A stretch of DNA of 64,000 nucleotides from Candidatus Nomurabacteria bacterium (GCA_026395955.1 JAPLXR010000006.1:87259-151258); one strand, 5' to 3'. Positions 18,563 to 27,389 are shown, numbered from the stretch's first letter. Notes: generated from the sequence alone by a model not told the origin. A program made the numbers and translations.

Positions 18563-19363
18563 ATGAAAAAAATCGTTATTTTCTCAGCTATTTTGGCTGT
18601 AACAGCCTTATTTTCTTGTAAACCTACTCAGGAGCTTGCAAAAACTGAACCAGAGGTTAAAACTGCTCCACCGGCACGTAATGTTATGCCTGTAACGTAT
18701 AACATTTTAACGAGTAAAAAAGCTCCTTGGAGCGCTGAAGACATATTGGGTGCTCAATTCTTTACTTATGGTGGTTCAATTACCTTGACCCGTGTAAGTG
18801 AGGATAATTCAAAAACATTTGATGCTGATGGTAATGTTGTCATTAAACATGTTGTTCATACTAAAAGGTCAATTATAGACAATAATACGAAAGTAAAAAT
18901 TGTAGGACCTATTGATTTTAGTAGAAAGTCCTTCTCATGTCAGGTAGACATTAATGGTATGAATGCATACGTAACTTTTATGCTGAACAGTAAAAATGGA
19001 CAATACCATTTCAAAAGACCAGGAGGAAATGATATTGATGGTAGGAGGGTTGATTACAAAAATGAACAATATTCAGCAAATGCTGCTGATGAAGTTGTTT
19101 ATCTTGCTTTCTATCCTAAGATAGACGAATCCTCTGATATTCAGGAGGAGCATACTACAGGAGTATCGGCTACTTCTCCTGAAGGGTCTACAGAAAATGT
19201 TACCGCGCCTCAAAGTGATGACTTAAATCAGTTGTATAATCTTATGAAAAAAGATAATACTGATAAGCCAGCAGGAAACAAGGAACAGCCTAAAAAAGAA
19301 GATAAAAAGGCAGATAAGCCTGTAAAATCTTCAGGAAGCAGAAAACCAGTACCACCCCGATAG
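18563..19363 (+). CDS. hypothetical lipoprotein
   Basis: MKK + hydrophobic stretch + LFS|C lipobox-like signal; own TTGACT-N17-TATAAT promoter and terminator. Confidence 0.65.
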   Translation: MKKIVIFSAILAVTALFSCKPTQELAKTEPEVKTAPPARNVMPVTYNILTSKKAPWSAEDILGAQFFTYGGSITLTRVSEDNSKTFDADGNVVIKHVVHTKRSIIDNNTKVKIVGPIDFSRKSFSCQVDINGMNAYVTFMLNSKNGQYHFKRPGGNDIDGRRVDYKNEQYSANAADEVVYLAFYPKIDESSDIQEEHTTGVSATSPEGSTENVTAPQSDDLNQLYNLMKKDNTDKPAGNKEQPKKEDKKADKPVKSSGSRKPVPPR

Positions 19364-19471
19364 GGTGGTATTTTTTTATTTTGTTTTGTAAATTTGGTAA
19401 CTTTTCCACTAGATTTAAATAAATTTAAAAGTGCTATAATTAAAGTATTATAATTAATATCTTGTAACAAT

Positions 19472-19852
19472 ATGAATATAAACATAAAAACAAAAAATAT
19501 CGAATTAGTAGATTCTTTACAAGAATATGTAAACAAGAGACTTTTAAGTTTAGAAAAATTCATCAATACTGCAGATTCTGTAATTCATGTTGAAATTGGT
19601 AAAACTACAAATCATCATAAAAACGGAGATGTATATAAAGCAGAAATAGTTATAGGTAGAGATAAACAATTTTTTGCTAGTTGTGAGACTGATGATTTGT
19701 ATAAAGCTATCGATGAAGCAAAAGAAGAATTGAATAGAAAGTTTACATCACATAAAGACAAAAAACAAACACTCTTTAAAAGAGGAGCAAGTAGTGTGAA
19801 GAAAATGATGAAAGGTCTTTCAAAGAGAAATCCTTTTACTTCTAAATACTAA
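19472..19852 (+). CDS. hpf: ribosome hibernation promoting factor / RaiA
   Basis: MNINIKTKNIEL..LQEYV; DLYKAID. Confidence 0.88.
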   Translation: MNINIKTKNIELVDSLQEYVNKRLLSLEKFINTADSVIHVEIGKTTNHHKNGDVYKAEIVIGRDKQFFASCETDDLYKAIDEAKEELNRKFTSHKDKKQTLFKRGASSVKKMMKGLSKRNPFTSKY

Positions 19853-20760
19853 TTATTTTTTATAAAATCTAGATAAGAAATTTCTTTTTTCCCTTCAGGT
19901 AAAACTTTTTTGATTACGAATTTACTATCTTCTATTTGGGCTTCTGTAACAATAATCCTTTTATCTTCCTTGAAGAAGAAAGTTCTAGGCCATAGGGAAT
20001 ATGCACGGAATTTGTTGTATTTTAATTCTTCAGAATCAGCTTCATTTAAAATACCATCTTCTTTTTTAATTTTCTTACAGTTTGTAGCTTTTGTTTCGTC
20101 TTGTTCTGTTAGATTTATTTTTCCATTTATAAAGTCTGGAAGTGTATTTACTAAAAGATCTCCACCGATTTTGATTAATTTTTTACGTAATTCTATTGCA
20201 TGTTCATCTGGATCTATTGCTACTTTTTCCATAGCAATTATTGGCCCTGCATCCATTTTGTAAACCATTTTTTGTATAGCTATACCTGTCTCGTTGTCAC
20301 CATTTAAAATAGCTGATTCGACAGGGGAAGCACCGCGATATTTTGGAAGGAGAGAATAGTGAATATTAATAGAGCCATACTTTGGCATATTTATAATTTC
20401 TTCAGATAAAATTTTTCCGTAAGCTACTACAATAAAGAAATCTATAATACTTTGTTCACCACGAGAATTTTCTGTTGAAAATTCTTTCTGTCCGTCGTCG
20501 TCGCTCCTACCAAGGATTGCCAAAGCATCATAGATTTCTTTATTTGTTAATTTATTTTCTGGCTGAATAAAGGGAATGTTGTTTTCTATAGCCCAAGTTT
20601 TCACCGGAGGGGGAGTTAAAATCATTTTTCTACCGGCTGGTCTGTCTGGAGCGGTGACTATCAAACAAGGTAAAAAACCACTTTGTTTTAATATTTCCAA
20701 AGTTTCACTAGCTACATCTGGTGTACCAAAAAATACAAAATTGATGTCTTTGTTATTCAT
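19849..20760 (-). CDS. fmt: methionyl-tRNA formyltransferase (with in-frame insertion)
   Basis: FFGTP, PDRPAGR, VVAYGKI, NIHYSLLPKYRGASP, MDAGPI; next to def. Confidence 0.95.
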   Translation of the reverse strand: MNNKDINFVFFGTPDVASETLEILKQSGFLPCLIVTAPDRPAGRKMILTPPPVKTWAIENNIPFIQPENKLTNKEIYDALAILGRSDDDGQKEFSTENSRGEQSIIDFFIVVAYGKILSEEIINMPKYGSINIHYSLLPKYRGASPVESAILNGDNETGIAIQKMVYKMDAGPIIAMEKVAIDPDEHAIELRKKLIKIGGDLLVNTLPDFINGKINLTEQDETKATNCKKIKKEDGILNEADSEELKYNKFRAYSLWPRTFFFKEDKRIIVTEAQIEDSKFVIKKVLPEGKKEISYLDFIKNN

Positions 20761-20762
20761 TT

Positions 20763-21299
20763 CTATTCTGGGTGTTCTTCTTTTAAATCTTTAGCATGAT
20801 CATGAAAAAGTATACCGTTTAAATGGTCTGTTTCATGTTGAAATATCTGAGCGAGTAAACCACTAGCTCCACGTGTGAATTTGTTACCAAGCTCGTCGTA
20901 GGCTTCTACAGTAGCCTTGTCTGACCTATATGTCTTACCATAGAGCCATCTTACAGACAGGCATCCTTCTGGAATCCAATCTTTTTTACGGGAAAGTTTT
21001 GAAATTTTAGGATTAATGAAAACTAAATTTTTATATTTTATATTCTTGTCAGTAAGTTTTTTATCTTCTCTGTCTTTCATAAAATCTTCAGAGAATATTT
21101 TTCCAGCTACAGTAAAAATACGCAAGGAATATCCTATTTGAGGAGCTGCTATGGCTACACCATCGTCTTGCTGTGCAAGAGCTTGATCCATTTCTTTCAA
21201 AACCTTTTTTATCTTCAAAGAGCCGATGTCTTTTATCGGAATTTCTTTTGCAATTTCTCGCAAAACTTTTTCATCTCTTTGAAGAATCTCTTTACTCAT
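20763..21299 (-). CDS. def: peptide deformylase
   Basis: GVAIAAPQIG, EGCLS, QHETDHLNG. Confidence 0.96.
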   Translation of the reverse strand: MSKEILQRDEKVLREIAKEIPIKDIGSLKIKKVLKEMDQALAQQDDGVAIAAPQIGYSLRIFTVAGKIFSEDFMKDREDKKLTDKNIKYKNLVFINPKISKLSRKKDWIPEGCLSVRWLYGKTYRSDKATVEAYDELGNKFTRGASGLLAQIFQHETDHLNGILFHDHAKDLKEEHPE

Positions 21300-22608
21300 G
21301 TTTATTTAAATCTTTCAAATACTCTAAGAGTTTAGGTAACTTTACTGTTTCTTGAGAACGATTAGACATATCACGAACAATAACAGAATCTTCTAATGCT
21401 TCTTTTTGTCCAAAAATAAGAGCATAAGGAATTTGTAATTTTTCTGCAATTGCGAGCTGAGCACCTAATGTATCTTTTGATAGAGATTGAGCCATTGGAA
21501 CATGTGCTTTACGAAGTGTTTCTGTAACATTTAGACTTTTTAATTTTGCATCACTACCGAGTTGAATAAAGTAAACTTTTGGTTTCTTTAAAATACGTGG
21601 AGCAAGTTTTTTGTACCAAGGCATTAATAACACACGATCAGCAGAAATAGAAATTCCTACAGCGGGTACGTCTTTTTTACTACCGAGTTGTTTTCCGAGA
21701 TAATCATATCTACCACCACCAGCGATAGCCATACCTTTTGTTTCACTTTCTGATTCATCGATAATTTCAAAAACTGTACGAGTGTAGTATGAAAGTCCAC
21801 GTACTAGGCATTTGTTTAAATTATATTGAATACCCATTTCTTCTAAGTATTCTAGAACTTCTTTGAAGTGTTTTTTACAAGAAGGACAAAGGAATGAAAC
21901 TGCGTCTGGCGCATTTTCATTTATTTCTTTTGTTTTTGGATCTTTTGAATCTAGAATACGTAGGGGATTAGTCTTTAATCTTTCACGGTCAATTGCTGGT
22001 AAGTTACTTAAATTCTTTTTGTAATAATTTACTAATTCTTTGATATATCCACTACGACATTCTTTGTCTCCGATAGAGTTTATGTCAATTGAAAGATTTG
22101 TTGCACCTGCTTCTTCTAAAATACTCATTCCAGCTTTGATAACGAGTGCATCCATAATACTTTTTTCACTACCGAGAGAGTCTAGATCAAATTGGTTAAA
22201 TTGACGGTAGCGACCCTTTTGAGGATTGTCATGTCTAAACACTGGGCCATATTGATAGAACATTACAGGTTGAGGTACATTTTGCATCCCTTGTTCTATA
22301 TAAGCACGCATTAGAGATCCAGTGTGTTCTGGACGAAGAGCTAAATGATCACCACCTTTTGTTTTAAGGGTATACATTTCTTTGTCTACTATATCTGTAC
22401 CTTCACCGATACCTGAAGTGAAAGTTTCTTCGTGTTCCATCATTGGAGTTTCAATAGGTTTGAAACCATAATAAATAGCCACTTCTTGAGCCTTCTCGAA
22501 GAAACCTTGGAAACTATAATATTCTTCATTCATTATGTCTCTCATTCCTTTTGGAGAAGAAAGATTTTTTCCTGCTTTTTTTGTTGCCGCTGCTGTTGTT
22601 TTAGTCAT
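21292..22608 (-). CDS. hisS: histidine--tRNA ligase
   Basis: PKGMRD, LRPEHT, GRYRQFNQ, LVRGLSYY, GGGRYD. Confidence 0.97.
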   Translation of the reverse strand: MTKTTAAATKKAGKNLSSPKGMRDIMNEEYYSFQGFFEKAQEVAIYYGFKPIETPMMEHEETFTSGIGEGTDIVDKEMYTLKTKGGDHLALRPEHTGSLMRAYIEQGMQNVPQPVMFYQYGPVFRHDNPQKGRYRQFNQFDLDSLGSEKSIMDALVIKAGMSILEEAGATNLSIDINSIGDKECRSGYIKELVNYYKKNLSNLPAIDRERLKTNPLRILDSKDPKTKEINENAPDAVSFLCPSCKKHFKEVLEYLEEMGIQYNLNKCLVRGLSYYTRTVFEIIDESESETKGMAIAGGGRYDYLGKQLGSKKDVPAVGISISADRVLLMPWYKKLAPRILKKPKVYFIQLGSDAKLKSLNVTETLRKAHVPMAQSLSKDTLGAQLAIAEKLQIPYALIFGQKEALEDSVIVRDMSNRSQETVKLPKLLEYLKDLNKHE

Positions 22609-22612
22609 AGTA

Positions 22613-23227
22613 TTAATTTAATTGCTTATAATAACCTGGTAAAAAAGATATTTTTGTAATTGGTAATAATCTTATTAAAGCTCTTCCGACTAGTAACTTT
22701 TTTGGAACTGGTCCCCAATATCTAGAATCTGAACTTCCTGATCTATTGTCTCCCATTACGAAATATTCGTCATTTGTTAAGACTCGATGGGCGCTATCTT
22801 CGGAATGATTTTTAACGTAAGACTGATCGAGTGCAAATCCTTCTGGATGTTCTTTGTTTGTGATTATTGTTTGTTCCGCTTTTACATCTACTGTTTCACC
22901 TGGAAGTCCGATAATTCTTTTTATAAAAAACTTTGATGTGTCTCCTGGATATCTAAAAACTACAACATCACCACGTTGTGGACTTTTAAAATTATATGTA
23001 AGTTCATCTACTATTAAATATTGTCCATTTTGAAATGTTGGAACCATCGATGTTCCAGACACTACGAATGGTTGAGCGACAAATATACGAATAGGAATAA
23101 CTATGACTATTGCTATAAAAGCAAAGCGTACTAATTCCCAAAAGTTTTCTTTGAAGGTTTGTTTTTTTTCTTGAGCTATGGTTTCTTGTGTTTTTTGACC
23201 CTTTAAATCTTCATTTTGTGTTTCCAT
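22613..23227 (-). CDS. lepB: signal peptidase I
   Basis: SGTSMVPT (Ser), FIKRIIGLPGE (Lys), GDNR..S.DSRYWG. Confidence 0.96.
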   Translation of the reverse strand: METQNEDLKGQKTQETIAQEKKQTFKENFWELVRFAFIAIVIVIPIRIFVAQPFVVSGTSMVPTFQNGQYLIVDELTYNFKSPQRGDVVVFRYPGDTSKFFIKRIIGLPGETVDVKAEQTIITNKEHPEGFALDQSYVKNHSEDSAHRVLTNDEYFVMGDNRSGSSDSRYWGPVPKKLLVGRALIRLLPITKISFLPGYYKQLN

Positions 23228-23327
23228 TTGTCTATTTTAGCATATAATGTCCTTGACACAATACCTATTTTTGTACTGTAGTTTTTTTAGAGAAAAAAAA
23301 TATTTTGTAAATGTTATTATATAAAAT

Positions 23328-23852
23328 ATGAAATTAATTGTAGGTTTAGGAAATCCAGGTGAACAATATGAAAATACTCGTCATAATACGGGTCGTATTA
23401 TCATTGGAATGATAGAAGATAAAATAAATACAAAAGTAAAATTTTTAATGCCAGATAGTTTTATGAATAATTCTGGAAAAGTTGTGGCACCACTTATTAA
23501 ATCAAAAAAAGATTTGAGTGACTTAGTTGTTATATATGATGATGTTGATTTACCTCTTGGAAAAATTAAGATTTCTTTTAATAGATCTTCTGGTGGTCAT
23601 AATGGTGTTGGATCAATAATAAAGCATTTAAAGACTGAAGAATTTTTACGTATTCGTGTGGGGATTTGTCCTACAACTCCAACAGGGAAATTAAAGAAAC
23701 CAAAAGGGGAAGAAGCAGTGTTGAAATTCTTGCTTGGTGATTTTAAAAAAGAAGAGATAGCTATACTTAAAAAAGAAAGTAAAAAAATAGCTGAAGCAGT
23801 GGATACTATATATGATGGAGGTAAAGACAAGGCTATGAGTTTGTTTAATTAA
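23328..23852 (+). CDS. pth: peptidyl-tRNA hydrolase
   Basis: LIVGLGNPG, TRHN, FMNNSG, GGHNG. Confidence 0.95.
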   Translation: MKLIVGLGNPGEQYENTRHNTGRIIIGMIEDKINTKVKFLMPDSFMNNSGKVVAPLIKSKKDLSDLVVIYDDVDLPLGKIKISFNRSSGGHNGVGSIIKHLKTEEFLRIRVGICPTTPTGKLKKPKGEEAVLKFLLGDFKKEEIAILKKESKKIAEAVDTIYDGGKDKAMSLFN

Positions 23853-23879
23853 AAAACTTCTGTAATTACAGAAGTTTTT
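23852..23879. terminator. bidirectional terminator
   Basis: AAAAACTTCTGT-aatt-ACAGAAGTTTTT. Confidence 0.75.
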
Positions 23880-24207
23880 ATATATATTTAATTTTTAATA
23901 TTGCCCCACCTCTATTTTTAAGAAATGTATATGTTCCATATTTATCAGTCATAAAATATGGAATAAATACAATTTTTATTATTAATAACTTTTTTTCATA
24001 AATTAATCTGAATCCATCATTTCTCAAGCATTCAAATTTATTTTCTTTATAAAAATTAATAATTAAATTCAAAAATTCAGTATGGTTTATGTTTTCTTTA
24101 TAAAAATCGATAGACATGCTGTCTTTTTCTAAAGTTACTTTTTTCTCACTAAAACCATTTTCAGCAAGATTACCTCTAAAGGATTTTGTTAATTCTATTG
24201 AGTTCAT
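23878..24207 (-). CDS. hypothetical protein
   Basis: AT-rich ORF between two terminators. Confidence 0.5.
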   Translation of the reverse strand: MNSIELTKSFRGNLAENGFSEKKVTLEKDSMSIDFYKENINHTEFLNLIINFYKENKFECLRNDGFRLIYEKKLLIIKIVFIPYFMTDKYGTYTFLKNRGGAILKIKYI

Positions 24208-24253
24208 TTTGCTTTAAAATTAAAAGTTCTACGTTTATTAAAATAATAGCATA

Positions 24254-24287
24254 AATCAAAAAATCCCCGTAAGGGGATTTTTTGATT
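24254..24287 (-). terminator. rpsA terminator
   Basis: AATCAAAAAATCCCC-gtaa-GGGGATTTTTTGATT. Confidence 0.85.
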
Positions 24288-24290
24288 AAA

Positions 24291-25394
24291 TTATTTCTTA
24301 TCTTCTAGATGAGTCAAAGTCATTTTGTGTTCCTTTGGTTCGAATAGAGTTATTTGGAAACTGTAAGTTTTACCAAGTTCCAATGATTCACGAAGTTTAG
24401 CTTCTGAACCAAATGTAGAATTGTGAACTAATCCAGCAACACCTTCTTTGATTGAAACTAATGCACCGTGTTTGTTGTATTTGATAACGACACCTTTGAT
24501 GATGTCACCCTTCTTTAGTTTACCTTCGTATTCTTTCCAAGGATTTTCCTTTAAAGCTTTTATTGAAAGAGAAATTTTACCTTCTTTTATTTCAATAATT
24601 TTAGCTTTGATCTTATCACCAACCTTAAACATTGTACGAGGATCTTCTACGAGGCCCCAGTCGAGTTCAGAGATGTGAACTAATCCTTCTAGACCTTCTT
24701 CTAGTTTGAGGAAAACTCCGAAATCTACAAGTCCTGCAATAGTACAAGATACTTCTTCTCCTAATGCATATTTACTAACGATTTCTTGTTTTTCTTCTGG
24801 ATTGTTATCTTTTTCAGAGAAGATAAGTTTACCTTCTTTTGGTAATGTTGAAATCATCATTACAGATAATTTTGTTCCAACTAATTTCTTTAATTCTTTT
24901 AAGATTTTATCTTTATCAGAATCTTCTACACGAGGATAGTGTTCAGCTTTTAATTGTGAAGCTGGTAAGAATCCTTGGATACCTTGCCATTCCAAAATAA
25001 GTCCTCCTTTGTTTGCATCTTTAACTTCGAGGTCCATGATGACTTTACTCTTGATAGCTTTTTCAGCATCACTCCAGATTAGAGCTTGCTTTGCTTCTTT
25101 GAGTGAAAGTTCTACATAGCCATCTTCGTTTTCTACTTCAACGATTTTTGCTTTGATGATATCACCGAGAGCAATTTTTTTGATTATGTCTTTTGCATTC
25201 ATGAACTCACGTCCGTAAATGATACCTGTACCGAAAGGCGCGAGGTCGACATAAACTGAAGATTTTTGAACCAAGATAACTGGTCCTTCTACTAATGAAT
25301 CAACTTCTGGATGATTTAGACTTTTGTCTAACATTATCTTTAAAGGTGAATCTACTTCGACTGTTACTTCTTCTTTTACTGCTGTTTTTTTCAT
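24291..25394 (-). CDS. rpsA: 30S ribosomal protein S1 (four S1 domains)
   Basis: NKGGL, GFLPASQL, FGVF..LEGLVHISEL, ISLSIK. Confidence 0.92.
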   Translation of the reverse strand: MKKTAVKEEVTVEVDSPLKIMLDKSLNHPEVDSLVEGPVILVQKSSVYVDLAPFGTGIIYGREFMNAKDIIKKIALGDIIKAKIVEVENEDGYVELSLKEAKQALIWSDAEKAIKSKVIMDLEVKDANKGGLILEWQGIQGFLPASQLKAEHYPRVEDSDKDKILKELKKLVGTKLSVMMISTLPKEGKLIFSEKDNNPEEKQEIVSKYALGEEVSCTIAGLVDFGVFLKLEEGLEGLVHISELDWGLVEDPRTMFKVGDKIKAKIIEIKEGKISLSIKALKENPWKEYEGKLKKGDIIKGVVIKYNKHGALVSIKEGVAGLVHNSTFGSEAKLRESLELGKTYSFQITLFEPKEHKMTLTHLEDKK

Positions 25395-25540
25395 ATATAT
25401 AATTAAAAAAGTCCGCTAAAAAGCGGATATTAAAATTTAGGCGTCCTTGGGTATTCCCTCGGGTGTTAACCTAAAAGTGCTTTTAATATCTAGATACTAC
25501 TATATAAGAGGAGAAAATGCAACCCATAAATTCAAACTCG

Positions 25541-25589
25541 CCCCACCCCTAACCCCTCCCCAAAATTTGAAGATTTTAGAGAGGGGGAA
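25541..25589 (+). repeat. REP-like hairpin element A
   Basis: CCCCACCCCTAACCCCTCCCCAAAAT-ttgaag-ATTTTAGAGAGGGGGAA; inverted relative to element B. Confidence 0.85.
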
Positions 25590-25689
25590 ATATTGATATT
25601 ATTAACTTAATGTGGTAGTTTTTAGTTAGAAAAACTATAGTTCGGTTGAATTCTAATAAGTATTAATTCACCTTTTAAATATTGAACAA

Positions 25690-26151
25690 ATGAGAAAAAA
25701 CTTGTCCTACAAAAAATTACCACAATGGATTGTGGATATTTTAGAAATTGTAAAAAAATTAGAAAAAATAAAAGCTGAAGAGCTTATGATTATGTATCAT
25801 GAAATGGATCCTGAAATTTATAAATTGATTAAAGATGAAATTTCAAAATTTTCAGAAGAAGAAATAAAATTTTATGTTAAAACAATTAAAGAATTCAATT
25901 TTCGTGATAAAAAGTATTACAAAGATGTAAAAATAGAAAGTAAAAGTGACTGGTATGATTACATGGATGAAAGATGCAGATTTGTTAATCGTTTGCTTAC
26001 TGTTATCAATGTTACTTTTAATTCAAACAGGAAATCAAGTGAGCTTGAACGACAAGTTAGTCCTCCTTCAGGAGTTTATGAAAAAAAAGATATTCACAAT
26101 AAAACAGATATCAAGCCTTCTGTTAAGGCATTTGGTACTCTTTTTGAGTAA
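25690..26151 (+). CDS. hypothetical protein
   Basis: 153-aa ORF with its own terminator. Confidence 0.6.
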   Translation: MRKNLSYKKLPQWIVDILEIVKKLEKIKAEELMIMYHEMDPEIYKLIKDEISKFSEEEIKFYVKTIKEFNFRDKKYYKDVKIESKSDWYDYMDERCRFVNRLLTVINVTFNSNRKSSELERQVSPPSGVYEKKDIHNKTDIKPSVKAFGTLFE

Positions 26152-26155
26152 ATTC

Positions 26156-26521
26156 TTAATTATTGATCACCACAACAGATTGTATATTTGTTGTGGTGAT
26201 TTTTATTTTATCTAAAACTTTTTTTAAATCCGTCTCTATTTCAGAATTCCAAAATCTCAAGACTTTTATATTTTTAGAATTTAAATATTCTGTTCGCATT
26301 TTATCGTATTCTTTGTTTTCTTTATGAATTTCACCATCAAGCTCAATTGCGAGTTTTATTTTTGGTACATAAAAATCTATGATGAATCTATCTATTGGGT
26401 GCTGACGGCGGAACTTTATACCGAGTTTGTTATTTCTAATTTCCTCCCAAAGTATTTTCTCTGCTTTGGTTTCTTCTTTGCGCAAATAACGAGCTTTTGT
26501 CATTTCTTGTAGTTTTGACAT
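26156..26521 (-). CDS. DUF559 / Vsr-like PD-(D/E)xK endonuclease
   Basis: ARYLRK..T.AE..LW, KFRRQHPI..FIIDFY, IELDG..H, D..R..YL, VLRFWN. Confidence 0.93.
   Translation of the reverse strand: MSKLQEMTKARYLRKEETKAEKILWEEIRNNKLGIKFRRQHPIDRFIIDFYVPKIKLAIELDGEIHKENKEYDKMRTEYLNSKNIKVLRFWNSEIETDLKKVLDKIKITTTNIQSVVVINN
26166..26200 (+). terminator. terminator hairpin of the 25690 ORF, lying inside the 3' end of the DUF559 gene
   Basis: ATCACCACAACA...TGTTGTGGTGAT followed by TTTT. Confidence 0.7.
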
Positions 26522-26541
26522 ATTTTAATTTTAGCATTTTG

Positions 26542-26591
26542 TTCCCCCTCTCTAAAATCTTATTTTGGAGAGGGGGCTAGGGGGTGAGGGG
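26542..26591 (-). repeat. REP-like hairpin element B
   Basis: TTCCCCCTCTCTAAAAT-ctt-ATTTTGGAGAGGGGGCTAGGGGGTGAGGGG. Confidence 0.85.
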
Positions 26592-26615
26592 AATTCCTAG
26601 AATTAATTCAACCCG

Positions 26616-26725
26616 CCTCATCCCGACCTAAAGGCTACCCTTCTCCAAAACTTGAAGGTTTTAGAGAAGGGAGAAATGCTTTTGAATTTTCCCCTCTCTA
26701 TTTTTCTAAAATGGGGAGGGGCGGG
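26616..26725. repeat. REP-like hairpin variants C (26616-26673) and D (26689-26725)
   Basis: CCCTTCTCCAAAAC-ttgaag-GTTTTAGAGAAGGG and CCCCTCTCTATTTT-tct-AAAATGGGGAGGGG. Confidence 0.75.
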
Positions 26726-26762
26726 TTTGGTATTGTTTATATATTTTGCTATAATTATACTT

Positions 26763-27389
26763 ATGATAATCACATATTTCGGAAAACAATTTTTTAAGAT
26801 TCAGCAAGGGGAGATGACTGTCGCTTTTAACCCAATCAGTAAAGAATCAAAAGTATTCAATGGTGGAAAATTCGGCTCAGATATTGCACTCGTTACTACA
26901 AACCACAAAGACTATAACGGCCTCGGTCAGCTTTCTCATGGAGAGCGTGAACCTTTTGCTGTTACTGGTCCTGGAGACTATGAAGTTCGAGAAGTTTTTA
27001 TAAAAGGTCTGATGTCAGATGCGAATTTAGGTGATAAAAAATACATAAATACTATTTACTCTCTAGGTATTGATAATATAAATATTGCATTTCTCGGGGC
27101 ATTATCTGATGGAGATATTTCAAAAGAAGCTCGTGAAGCCATAAATGAACCAGATGTTCTTTTTATTCCCGTCGGAGGTAATGGTGTTATGGATGCTAAA
27201 ACTTCTGCGAAATTGGCTTCATCTCTCGAGCCGAAACTTATTATCCCTATGGATTATGATAAGGAAAGTTTAAAGCATTTTTTGAAAGAAATGGGTGCTG
27301 AAAATGCTGAAGTAGTAGACAAGCTTACTTTAAAGAGAAAAGATTTAGATGGAAAAGAGGGTGATGTAATAGTATTACAAACAATATAA
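26763..27389 (+). CDS. MBL-fold protein (Lactamase_B_3-like), metal ligands degenerate
   Basis: ITYFG..FFKI, GPGDYEV, DVLFIPVGG, LEPKLIIPM; the HxHxDH motif appears as TNHKDY. Confidence 0.8.
   Translation: MIITYFGKQFFKIQQGEMTVAFNPISKESKVFNGGKFGSDIALVTTNHKDYNGLGQLSHGEREPFAVTGPGDYEVREVFIKGLMSDANLGDKKYINTIYSLGIDNINIAFLGALSDGDISKEAREAINEPDVLFIPVGGNGVMDAKTSAKLASSLEPKLIIPMDYDKESLKHFLKEMGAENAEVVDKLTLKRKDLDGKEGDVIVLQTI

Larger units (their letters stand above)
25541..26591. mobile_element. putative DUF559-REP cassette (inverted REP-like ends around an orphan ORF and an endonuclease)
   Basis: Elements A and B are ~50-bp imperfect inverted repeats sharing an identical 20-mer; GC-rich in an AT-rich context; no target-site duplication seen. 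Confidence 0.55.

Noticed and set aside
26652-26762. N-terminal extension of the MBL-fold ORF in the ORF track
   Set aside because: It translates repeats C and D; ATG 26763 follows TGCTATAAT and matches the family start.
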